From an uncultured archaeon (lineage in GTDB: Archaea; Thermoproteota; Bathyarchaeia; Bathyarchaeales; Bathycorpusculaceae), in the NCBI GenBank assembly GCA_963810275.1, contig CAWENF010000007.1, positions 1-26,999 of the forward strand: a stretch of 26,999 nt of DNA, written 5' to 3'. The notes under the pieces are model-generated. The model did no database searches. It was not told the DNA's origin and saw nothing but the letters and a program-made list of their open reading frames with translations. Within the stretch, counting starts at the first letter, position 1. Every line of letters begins with the position of its first letter. A program made the translations under genes and the position numbers. Below are positions 19,419-26,999 of this stretch, one piece after another.

Positions 19419-19871
19419 CTACTCTTTTTTACCCGCCTTAATTGAGGTGACTTTTATTCCGTTCTTTTTGAGCAACGCTGTGGTTACTCCGTCGCCTTCC
19501 CTGAGTTTGTCGGTGAAGGATCCGTCGAATATAGCGCCGCAACCGCAGGAAGGGCTTTTCTCAACAAGCAACGCCTCTTTGGCTCCGACTGCTTGGGCGA
19601 TTTTGAGGGTTTCATAGGCGCCCACCATGAATTCGTCGGTTACGTCTATGCCCTGCAAGTTAACGACTGAGGCTTTGCCTTCTAAGACATCTTTGCCGTC
19701 GCCGTTTTGGATTTCGGATGGTACCCGTGGGATGGATAAGCCGCCGAGGACTTCGGGGCATATGGGGAATAGTTCGCCTTTTTTGAATTCTTCGAACATT
19801 TGAGGGCTTTGACAGTTTTTACCTTCAAAGTTGCAGTTGATGCCAAGCATGCATGCGCTGACGAGTTTCAT
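19419..19871 (-). CDS. DUF523 / 2-thiouracil desulfurase (TudS-like) Fe-S protein
   Basis: LVSACMLG..C, PICPEVLGGL..PR, KSPSCG, GDGVTTALL. Confidence 0.88.
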   Translation of the reverse strand: MKLVSACMLGINCNFEGKNCQSPQMFEEFKKGELFPICPEVLGGLSIPRVPSEIQNGDGKDVLEGKASVVNLQGIDVTDEFMVGAYETLKIAQAVGAKEALLVEKSPSCGCGAIFDGSFTDKLREGDGVTTALLKKNGIKVTSIKAGKKE

Positions 19872-19983
19872 GGCACATTTTTTGTTTGATCTTGCTTAAT
19901 AGCTTTACATCTACGGAGGATAATTTGTTACTTGGCAGTGACCTTATTATTTGAGTGCGAGTAGTTTTGTGTGGTAATGTTTC

Positions 19984-20163
19984 ATGTGTGAATTTAACGT
20001 GATATTAGACGGGAAAATCCAGATGAAAGAGGTAATCTACGCCAAAGCAGAAAATGGAAACGTAATAATTCGCAACATTATGGGGGAATCGAAGGAATTC
20101 AAGAACAGCCGCATCTCTGAAGTTGACGTACCAAATCAAAGGATGGTCATCGTCGAAGCATAA
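19984..20163 (+). CDS. CooT-family small nickel-binding protein (59 aa), missing from the ORF track
   Basis: Translation MCEFNVILDGKIQMKEVIYAKAENGNVIIRNIMGESKEFKNSRISEVDVPNQRMVIVEA*. Cys2 and the M.EV...I.GE.K....I.EVD pattern fit the family. Confidence 0.75.
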   Translation: MCEFNVILDGKIQMKEVIYAKAENGNVIIRNIMGESKEFKNSRISEVDVPNQRMVIVEA

Positions 20164-20452
20164 TCAGAAAAAACCAATAAGAAAAACAAACTTAAAAAAC
20201 TAAAATGGTTCAACCATATGTTAACTGACTGGCAAAATAAGCTCGTTGTATAAGGTAGAGAACTTACTAAGCTTACCCATTAATGGTGAGAACTATTCCA
20301 GATAAGTTGATACCGTTTGTGCCTCAACTTGCAATATACTAAGGGTTTTGGCGTATGCATGGACAAATATGATTGCTCTACTTATATATCCAAGCCGTTT
20401 AGTATTGATTCAGCAGAGCTAACGCCTAAAAAACTGGTGGGAACCCACAAAA

Positions 20453-21124
20453 ATGAGTAATAGGCAAAGATTTGAAGCCGACCTCACCGTACTTCTGGAA
20501 AGATTAAGTTGCAACGTTGTCCCCCAAACAGAGAATAAACTAAACATGCTCAAAGACTGGTTAGTTAAGCTGCAGCGAGAAAACATTATAAAAATCAACC
20601 ACTCTGTCATGGAGCTGGTCTGCGCCAAACACCTGCTTGAAAAAGGCTACGACGTCCAGTTGGAGTATCCCCTCAACGAGATATTAACCTGCGACTTGTA
20701 CGGCATCAAAGGAATGGGCAATCTCGTCGTGGAAATAGAAACAGGGTTCATACCGCCAGAAAGCGCTTTGGCTCCCCTTACTTATACGTCAGCGCGGCTG
20801 GCAAGCAAAATCATTCGTTACAGCAGCTTCGCGGGCAAATTTGCTTTGGGTGTGCCCCAACACTACATTTTGCCGTTTCCTGAAGTGTTTGCCAAATGCC
20901 CCCGTGACCGAAGCGATAACGAACTTGAAGTCATCAAAGCACTCTGTGACGCATATTACAAGAAACCGCCCATAACCATAGAGGAAATCCGTGAAGCCCG
21001 CATCCAAGAGATCTATATAATCGACGTAGATCGCGGAAAAGTGCATGAACTTGACCCTGAAGCCTACCTCAACAGGGCAATAGAGAAAGGCATTGTCTAC
21101 GACAACCTAACAGCCCAATGCTAG
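20453..21124 (+). CDS. Conserved archaeal hypothetical protein, probable PD-(D/E)XK fold
   Basis: 223-aa ORF with E...GY.V..E......CDLY......VVEIETG. Confidence 0.6.
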   Translation: MSNRQRFEADLTVLLERLSCNVVPQTENKLNMLKDWLVKLQRENIIKINHSVMELVCAKHLLEKGYDVQLEYPLNEILTCDLYGIKGMGNLVVEIETGFIPPESALAPLTYTSARLASKIIRYSSFAGKFALGVPQHYILPFPEVFAKCPRDRSDNELEVIKALCDAYYKKPPITIEEIREARIQEIYIIDVDRGKVHELDPEAYLNRAIEKGIVYDNLTAQC

Positions 21125-21411
21125 GAGCAGCACAACACGTGGCTTTTTTTGTTTACATACTGCAATGCTGCGACGGCACTTACTATACTGGCTACACTAA
21201 AGATCTCGACGAGCGCACAAAGCAGCATGCTAACGGAAAGGGCGCTAAGTACACGCGGAGTCATAGGCCGGACCGTGTGGCGTATGTGGAGGTTTTTAAG
21301 AGTCGCAGCAGCGCGATGAAACGGGAGAAGGAAATCAAGAAACTGGGGCATCAGGGTAAAATGAAGCTGATTTTATCGCAGGGGAAAAACGGAGAAGCAA
21401 ATAGTAAATAA
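21118..21411 (+). CDS. GIY-YIG nuclease (UPF0213/YazA-like)
   Basis: FVYILQCCDGTYYTGYT.DL..R..QH..GKGAKYTR...AMKRE..IK. The start may instead be the GTG at 21139. Confidence 0.9.
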   Translation: MLGAAQHVAFFVYILQCCDGTYYTGYTKDLDERTKQHANGKGAKYTRSHRPDRVAYVEVFKSRSSAMKREKEIKKLGHQGKMKLILSQGKNGEANSK

Positions 21412-21510
21412 AAACTGTGGTTACAAACTAACTCTTTCAAAATCCCTAAAGGCATTGGTTATCGAAGGTGTTTTTAGTTACCACCCACCTACTAATGATG
21501 GGGATTAAAA

Positions 21511-21657
21511 ATGTCAGTTATGTGTAAGAACTGTAAGAGATTTGTTGACCCAGTGTTTAATACTGATGCGGGAATAGACCAGCGGGTTTGCCCTGAATGC
21601 GGTTGCATATTAGATGCTTGTACTGATAACATTCAGGTTATCGGAAGAGACATGTAG
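21511..21657 (+). CDS. Small Zn-ribbon protein (48 aa, CxxC...CPECG)
   Basis: Translation MSVMCKNCKRFVDPVFNTDAGIDQRVCPECGCILDACTDNIQVIGRDM*; GGGG/GGGA purine tract upstream. Confidence 0.7.
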   Translation: MSVMCKNCKRFVDPVFNTDAGIDQRVCPECGCILDACTDNIQVIGRDM

Positions 21658-21890
21658 TACAGTTTTAACGTTTGTCAAACAGCGTAATCTTGGTTAAGCA
21701 CAGTCAACATCGACAGTAGACATCTATTCATACAAGCGGTAATCAAAATAATTGCTACAATAATAATCATTGGAGCCGCAATCATATTGCATCAGGGAAG
21801 AAAGAATAAGAAAGGTGAAACGCATGCAAACATTCCTTTCTTTTTTAATTGTAATTTGTAAGATATTGTTGTGTAATTTTTTTTAATTTA

Positions 21891-21940
21891 GGCCAACTGG
21901 TTGATTTGAACCCATGAGCTTTTGATTTTAAGTCAAGCAC
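21891..21940 (-). pseudogene. Degenerate tRNA 3'-half remnant
   Basis: Minus strand reads GTG CTTGA CTTAAAA TCAAA AGCTC ATGGG TTCAAAT CAACCAGTTGGCC: anticodon stem-loop, 5-nt variable loop and T-loop at correct spacing. The T-stem is broken and no D arm is visible. Confidence 0.5.
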
Positions 21941-21979
21941 TTTGATGTATTAAGGTAGGGCAGATCCTAATGCTAAACA

Positions 21980-22786
21980 CTATGGATGAATGGCATAGTA
22001 GACTCGTAAGCCGCCAAGCCAATTGTAAATATAAGGCTCCAACTTTGCAGACCAGTTAAATAACCGTTCATTGAATACTCTTTTTAATCTCCAGTACAAA
22101 AAATCTCCAATCCAGAAATTGCATTCATGCAATGTAATTAGAGCGCCTAGATTGTAGCTCGCTACTATTTTGAAACCTATTTTCTCCAGTGAATTTGCTA
22201 CTTTTTTGCTGTCAAAGTATAGTTGTTCAGGGTCGATATGAAGTAGGTATTTAGTTGCTATGTTTGATTGCCAAAATGCAATGGCTAGCATTCCTTTTGG
22301 CTTAAGTAGTCGATAGTACTCTTCGAATACTTGTGTTGTTTTGTTAAATGGTATATGATCTATTGTGCTTAGATCAAGAAGCAGGTCGAAGTTGCTTGAA
22401 GCATAAGGGATATTTTGGCACGTTGCTTGGACTATGCCTACTTCATTTAACCGCTCTTTTGCTAGGCAACAGATATTTTTGGATAAGTCAAAGCTGAATG
22501 CGTCGGCTTTCCCAAATTTACCCAGTATGTCACGTGAGGTTTCGACACCTTCATTCCATAAATCTATCTTTAGTATCCTTGGTTTTTTATTTTCTTCCAA
22601 TCGGCTAAGCGCCAAACTTACTAGTTGATAGTAGAATGCCTTGATATACAGGTTAATTTGTCCTTTAGAAATTTGATTATTGCTTAAATATCCTGCGCTG
22701 TAGTTGTCCCAGTATGAAGCATTGTCTAGGCAAGATGCAGCTCTATTTACAGGGGGTTTACGCTTGCTGCTAAAAAAGGATACCAA
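21980..22786 (-). CDS. Class I SAM-dependent methyltransferase (AT-rich, likely acquired)
   Basis: ATCQNIPYASSNFDLLL..STIDHI...EYYRLLKPKGML motifs. Motif I is atypical (ILKIDLWNEG) and the start codon is uncertain. Confidence 0.75.
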   Translation of the reverse strand: MVSFFSSKRKPPVNRAASCLDNASYWDNYSAGYLSNNQISKGQINLYIKAFYYQLVSLALSRLEENKKPRILKIDLWNEGVETSRDILGKFGKADAFSFDLSKNICCLAKERLNEVGIVQATCQNIPYASSNFDLLLDLSTIDHIPFNKTTQVFEEYYRLLKPKGMLAIAFWQSNIATKYLLHIDPEQLYFDSKKVANSLEKIGFKIVASYNLGALITLHECNFWIGDFLYWRLKRVFNERLFNWSAKLEPYIYNWLGGLRVYYAIHP

Positions 22787-23107
22787 AATATCGACCTCTA
22801 TTAGGAACCCCCAATTTCCTATAGATGTGTGGCTTTACTTGATTAATAACTTTTCCACTTTTGAAATTGCTTAGCGTTTGATAGTCTCAGTTTACCATAT
22901 TTTTCTCGTAGTTTATAGATGCATAGTGATCTGAATTTGTTTATTTTAGCACTTAAGGTTCAAAATGATTAACATATATGATCGAGTTTAGGACTTCTAA
23001 ATGGAAGTAAATTCGAGTTTGTTGTATTCTTTCTAAGATGCAAGGGATATCATTTATGAGGCTGGTTAGCTTTTTTTAAGAAGTCTAAGTAGTAAAGAGG
23101 AAATTGA

Positions 23108-24325
23108 ATGGATAAGGTAAAAGTGAAATCGCCGCTCGTCGAAATAGACGGAGATGAAATGACTCGGGTTATGTGGAAAATGGTTAAGGAAAAACTCCTT
23201 TTGCCCTATCTTGACATAGACCTCGCCTACTATGACTTGGGGCTTAAAAATCGGGATGAAACCGAGGATAAAGTAACGCTTGAAGCTGCAGAAGCTATAA
23301 AGAAGTACGGCGTTGGAGTTAAATGTGCCACCATTACACCCAACAAGGATCGCATAAAAGAGTATAATTTGAAGCGGGAGTGGAGCAGCCCCAACGGAAC
23401 GATTAGAGCGGCATTGGATGGCACTGTCTTTCGGGCGCCGATTTTAGTAAAGAATATTCCTCCTGCGGTTCGATCGTGGAAGAAGCCCATCCATATCGGA
23501 AGGCACGCTTATGGCGATGTATACAAGAACTGTGAATATCGTGCGCCTGAAGCTGGAAAAGCTGAGTTAGTTTTCACTAATGACATTGGCAAGGAACTTT
23601 GGCGCGGGACTATTCATGACTTTAAAGGTCCAGGTATCGTTCAAGGAATTTTTAACACTGACAAATCGATAGTAAGTTTTGCGAAGGCATGCTTCACATA
23701 TGCCTATAATCAAAAGCTTCATCTCTGGTTTGGCACTAAGGATACCATCTCTAAAACTTATGATGCGCAATTCCGCAAGGTATTTGATGAAGAATACCAA
23801 GCTAACTGGAAGGCAAAGTTTGAGGCAGTGGGGCTTGATTACTTCTTTACGTTGATCGATGATACAGTCGCCCGAATAATGAAGACTGAAGGCGGCTTGC
23901 TTTGGGCATGCAAAAACTATGATGGCGACGTAATGAGTGACATGCTGGGCTCAGCATATGGCAGTTTGGCGATGATGACCTCGGTGCTTGTTAGCCCTGA
24001 GGGATACTACGAGTTTGAAGCATCTCACGGAACAGTCCAGAGGCACTACTACAAGTATCTTAAGGGTGAAAAGACATCAACCAACTCCATGGCTCTTATT
24101 TTTGCTTGGACAGGCGGACTTAGGAAGAGAGGTGAATTGGACGAGACTCCGGAGGTTGTGGAGTTTGCTGGGAAGCTTGAGGCTGCAGCCCTTGAAACTG
24201 TGGAGAGCGGAGTTATGACTGGTGATCTTTTGCTGGTTGCCCAGCCGAACCCAAATAATAGGAAGGTATACACGGAAGAGTTCATCGATGAAGTAGCAAA
24301 AAGTCTTCATCAAAAGATTGCATAA
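23108..24325 (+). CDS. icd: NADP-dependent isocitrate dehydrogenase, type II (IDH1-like)
   Basis: [61 protein letters not shown]. Confidence 0.95.
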   Translation: MDKVKVKSPLVEIDGDEMTRVMWKMVKEKLLLPYLDIDLAYYDLGLKNRDETEDKVTLEAAEAIKKYGVGVKCATITPNKDRIKEYNLKREWSSPNGTIRAALDGTVFRAPILVKNIPPAVRSWKKPIHIGRHAYGDVYKNCEYRAPEAGKAELVFTNDIGKELWRGTIHDFKGPGIVQGIFNTDKSIVSFAKACFTYAYNQKLHLWFGTKDTISKTYDAQFRKVFDEEYQANWKAKFEAVGLDYFFTLIDDTVARIMKTEGGLLWACKNYDGDVMSDMLGSAYGSLAMMTSVLVSPEGYYEFEASHGTVQRHYYKYLKGEKTSTNSMALIFAWTGGLRKRGELDETPEVVEFAGKLEAAALETVESGVMTGDLLLVAQPNPNNRKVYTEEFIDEVAKSLHQKIA

Positions 24326-24389
24326 GTGATAGCTTGTGTCAGTCTGTAGCTAACTTTGCTTTTCTAAAGAATAGCAGGTTTTTTGTCTC

Positions 24390-24680
24390 TATGTGTGGGT
24401 GTTTTGCCTTTTGCACTCCACACCACACTCTGGGTTGTGTGTTTGGTTGCTTTTTTGTTTTGGGCTGTTATCCTGTTGCGGTTTTAGTGTGGGAAGTTGT
24501 CTTTGCCCACACTGCCTATGTTGGAAGTATGTTGAGATGTGTGGAAAAGAGTGTGGGAGTATGTTGGACTTTTGTTTTGTTGCGTGTTGGTTGTTGTTGC
24601 GTTGGTGTGCCGTTTGTTTGGTTGGGGGTAAGAGATGATTGTTTTCAATGGTGTTGGTTGAGTTAGCTATTTGTTTTTAG
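24390..24680. repeat. G/T-rich non-coding tract with dispersed GTGTGG(G) motifs and a hairpin
   Basis: gtgtgg at about 24393, 24488, 24539 and 24551; inverted ccacac at about 24418, 24423 and 24507; perfect 8-bp inverted repeat agtgtggg (24487-24494) / cccacact (24506-24513); tatgttg three times. Confidence 0.55.
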
Positions 24681-24682
24681 AA

Positions 24683-24799
24683 GTGTTGGATCGTAAAAAT
24701 TGGAGTAGTCATGAGGAAAAAGAGTTTAGAGCGCTTCGGGAGGCTGACATTAAGGTCGAGGAGATATTTTCATTGAGCTTAACGTGGAAGCCTACATGA
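24683..24799 (+). pseudogene. Possible truncated Myb/SANT-like HTH fragment
   Basis: VLDRKNWSSHEEKEFRALREADIKVEEIFSLSLTWKPT* has the W-[ST]-x-x-E-E helix start but ends before a recognition helix. Confidence 0.25.
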
Positions 24800-24946
24800 A
24801 GCCAGAACTTTTTCCTAACAAGTGTACCCTGAAGCTAAAGACAAAAAAGTGTACTGTTTGGTGAATAGTGGGTGATGGTCGATTATTGGCGATGTTAAGG
24901 CAGATAACTGTGCTGGTAGAGGTAAGTTGCTGCATATTTCTGAGTG

Positions 24947-25909
24947 TTAGAAACTGGTTAAGTCAGAGCCAATCCTATTTGACAGATTTTGCAGGTCGTT
25001 AAGTATATATACGAACGCATAGCCTGCCCATTTGCCCCATCGTTTTTCTGCTTCTATCTTTAAAGTAGGTATAGATTTTCTTGGGTTGCTTGGTAATTTC
25101 CCATAAAATAAAACACTAAAGATTTTGGCGCTCCATACGTCGAGTGGAAAACCCATTTCAGGCATTACGAGTTCTGCAGAGTAGTCGCCTACTCCTTTTA
25201 GTGACATCAACAAAGCCTTAGCCTCGGTTGGCTCTACGGCTGCCAGTTCGTTCATCGTTGGAAACTCTTCATCTATGGACTGGGCAATAGCGACTAGATT
25301 TTTTGCTCGGTAGCCAAGTTTAGCTTTCTGCCGCAATTCTTCAATTGGTGTTTGGGAGATTGCTTTTGTTGAGGGCCAGTATAGTACCTTTCTGTCGTCA
25401 AAGGTAGCTTCTTCTCCAAAGATGTGTAGCAGTTTATCCATCATTTGGTTGCTGCGTTTCATGGGTGCCATCTGTAAGGTTACTGCTAAGATTAAGGCTG
25501 GAAAGAGTTCAGGCCATCCTACTGAGTGCATTCCCCAAAGGTCGTGGGTAGTTTGTTTTAGGAGATCATCAGTAGCAGATAGAGCGTAGAATTTGGTGAG
25601 GTCTTCTTGAGTTCTCAGGGCTCTTTGCAGAGTTAGGGATAGTTCTTGCTTTTTTGCTTCACACAAGAGTTTACTCGAATATAGGGTGCAGTTTACAATT
25701 GTTTTCTTTTGGGTTCTGACGTTGTGAAGCTTTAATCCTACAAGTTCATCTTTAAGCCGAGTTGCAGTCCAAAGAGTATTATTCTCAAATTTCTCGTCGG
25801 GGGTACTCCACCACCAACCCGCAGGCTTATGGACTGTTAACTCGAAACTGTAGGGTTGAACTACCTCAAAGTTTAATGAGCCTGACTCCTCTAAAAACAA
25901 CAAAGCCAT
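24947..25909 (-). CDS. HhH-GPD DNA glycosylase (AlkA / 3-methyladenine glycosylase II-like)
   Basis: KLGYRAK, LMSLKGVGDYSAE HhH motif, FPLDVWS (catalytic Asp), RWGKWAGYA. Confidence 0.85.
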   Translation of the reverse strand: MALLFLEESGSLNFEVVQPYSFELTVHKPAGWWWSTPDEKFENNTLWTATRLKDELVGLKLHNVRTQKKTIVNCTLYSSKLLCEAKKQELSLTLQRALRTQEDLTKFYALSATDDLLKQTTHDLWGMHSVGWPELFPALILAVTLQMAPMKRSNQMMDKLLHIFGEEATFDDRKVLYWPSTKAISQTPIEELRQKAKLGYRAKNLVAIAQSIDEEFPTMNELAAVEPTEAKALLMSLKGVGDYSAELVMPEMGFPLDVWSAKIFSVLFYGKLPSNPRKSIPTLKIEAEKRWGKWAGYAFVYILNDLQNLSNRIGSDLTSF

Positions 25910-26039
25910 CTGAAATTATCTAGAAAGACGAGAAATAAAATGCTTTTCTGATTTTATGTTGGCAATAGAACGGTTAACGGCTCAAGTTCGTCCAATCTCA
26001 CGGGGTACATAGGAGCTTAGAATCAGTTAAGGGGACTAA

Positions 26040-26166
26040 TGGTGGACCAGTGGGATTTGAACGCCAGACCAAACAGTAGAGATTACCCACAAAACCCATT
26101 TTTCTTCTTTGTTATCTACTGGAAAAAAGTGTAGCCTAAGCTAAGAAACTAATCAAGCCATTTTTT
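26040..26166 (-). repeat. att-like repeat copy A: tRNA-Ala-like 3' end plus non-tRNA arm
   Basis: Plus strand tggtggaccagtgggatttgaa; minus strand TTCAAATCCCACTGGTCCACCA (T-loop to CCA). The flank is shared with copy B. Confidence 0.65.
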
Positions 26167-26218
26167 GGCTGAGTATCGTATTTTGAGTAAAAATAATCGA
26201 GTTAGCTGCTTTTTGTAG

Positions 26219-26650
26219 TTAACCCACGATTTCAACTATGTCTTTTATGATTCCTTTTTCTACTTCAATATTCCAAAGCATTTCGGGTATATCAACTATA
26301 AGAAACAGGCCTACCGTTAAGATGGCTTCAACCGATGCCACTGCCAAGTTCTGGTTGAATTTACCTATACCAATGTGAATTGTGAAATCGTTGGGTTGAC
26401 CGGATATTAGGATTACAAACGCTCTTTCTGCAGTGATGATATCCCTTAGAACTCCCGTTTTCTTAGCCTGTATGATTATGCCCAGAGAATTTTTGATTGA
26501 CTGTGTTTTGTAGCCTTCGGAAGATAATTTCTCAATAATTTGCCGAGATAATTCATCTAAATCCTTGCTTTTTCCCTCAAAACGGATAACCTTCTCGGAT
26601 ATTACATCATCATGGCCTTCAAAATGAAGTGGTAAATCGTCATTTGACAA
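26219..26650 (-). CDS. Hypothetical protein with a C-terminal hydrophobic segment
   Basis: Intact 143-aa ORF, TTG start with a GAGG RBS; sits between the two att-like repeats. Confidence 0.7.
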   Translation of the reverse strand: MSNDDLPLHFEGHDDVISEKVIRFEGKSKDLDELSRQIIEKLSSEGYKTQSIKNSLGIIIQAKKTGVLRDIITAERAFVILISGQPNDFTIHIGIGKFNQNLAVASVEAILTVGLFLIVDIPEMLWNIEVEKGIIKDIVEIVG

Positions 26651-26769
26651 AACTAAAAAACCTCAACATCAAATTAGTGACAGCTGCTAATTATTTGTTT
26701 CTCAAACGAACTCAAATTCAGCAATACCCTGAATCCCAGTAGTGCAGTATTTATTAATGCAATGATTTC

Positions 26770-26868
26770 TGGTGGACCGGGAGATTTGAAAACCATTCCA
26801 AATGCAGATTTCACCCGCATTTCGTTTTTTTTGGGTTGTAAGGATAACTAAGACTAATCCTCATTTTT
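26770..26868 (-). repeat. att-like repeat copy B: tRNA-Ala-like 3' end plus non-tRNA arm
   Basis: Plus strand tggtggaccgggagatttgaa; minus strand TTCAAATCTCCCGGTCCACCA. Shares cca..ccaaa...agatt.accc and ctaag..actaatc..cattttt with copy A. Confidence 0.65.
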
Positions 26869-26999
26869 AACGTCGTTGTTTCAAACAATATTGGAAAAAT
26901 AAGGATAATTACTGTCTTAATGAGTGCAATAGTTTGCGGATATATTGTAGGTGTTTTGATCTACGGTTATTTGTTTACAGCAAAGAATGAATAAAAAAC

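Noticed and set aside
21675-21785. 36-aa hydrophobic minus-strand ORF (MIAAPMIIIVAIILITAC...)
   Set aside because: No clear RBS or promoter, and hydrophobic codons are expected in T-rich DNA.
24334-24666. Cys/Val/Phe-rich ORFs of 110 and 81 aa
   Set aside because: By-product of the G/T-rich, stop-poor tract.
26040-26795. Intact tRNA genes or a CRISPR array at the repeats
   Set aside because: Only T-loop-to-CCA fragments are present, with no D or anticodon arms; two copies 730 bp apart do not form an array.
26848-26994. Hydrophobic open frame on the + strand at the window end
   Set aside because: No convincing start apart from an internal ATG giving 24 aa; at best a gene fragment.

Overview
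Archaeal chromosomal window; gene content, TATA/BRE-like promoters and GGTG/GGAG ribosome-binding sites suggest Bathyarchaeia (inference). Left to right it holds: an ACT-domain gene and a thrC-hom-aspartokinase cluster; a DUF3786 gene; a two-gene RCK/TrkA channel locus, where the channel has a non-canonical filter (TTVGMYS) and its partner ends in an ATP-cone-like domain; a ~1446-aa iron-staple (Cas4/RecB-like) nuclease plus SF1B helicase fusion; two small unannotated ORFs; a complete lysW-X-Y-Z-J-K carrier operon whose ligase has a ~70-aa insertion, with a divergent Lrp regulator; DUF523, CooT-like, PD-(D/E)XK-like and GIY-YIG genes; and an accessory right third (Zn-ribbon microprotein, methyltransferase, type II NADP-IDH, AlkA-like glycosylase, a hypothetical gene). 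The right third carries three tRNA-derived remnants. Two of them form a degenerate ~100-125 bp direct repeat (tRNA-Ala-like 3' end plus a shared non-tRNA arm) around a single gene, which suggests a tRNA-anchored gene-cassette array. The many single-base frameshifts in the first 11 kb look like long-read indel errors.
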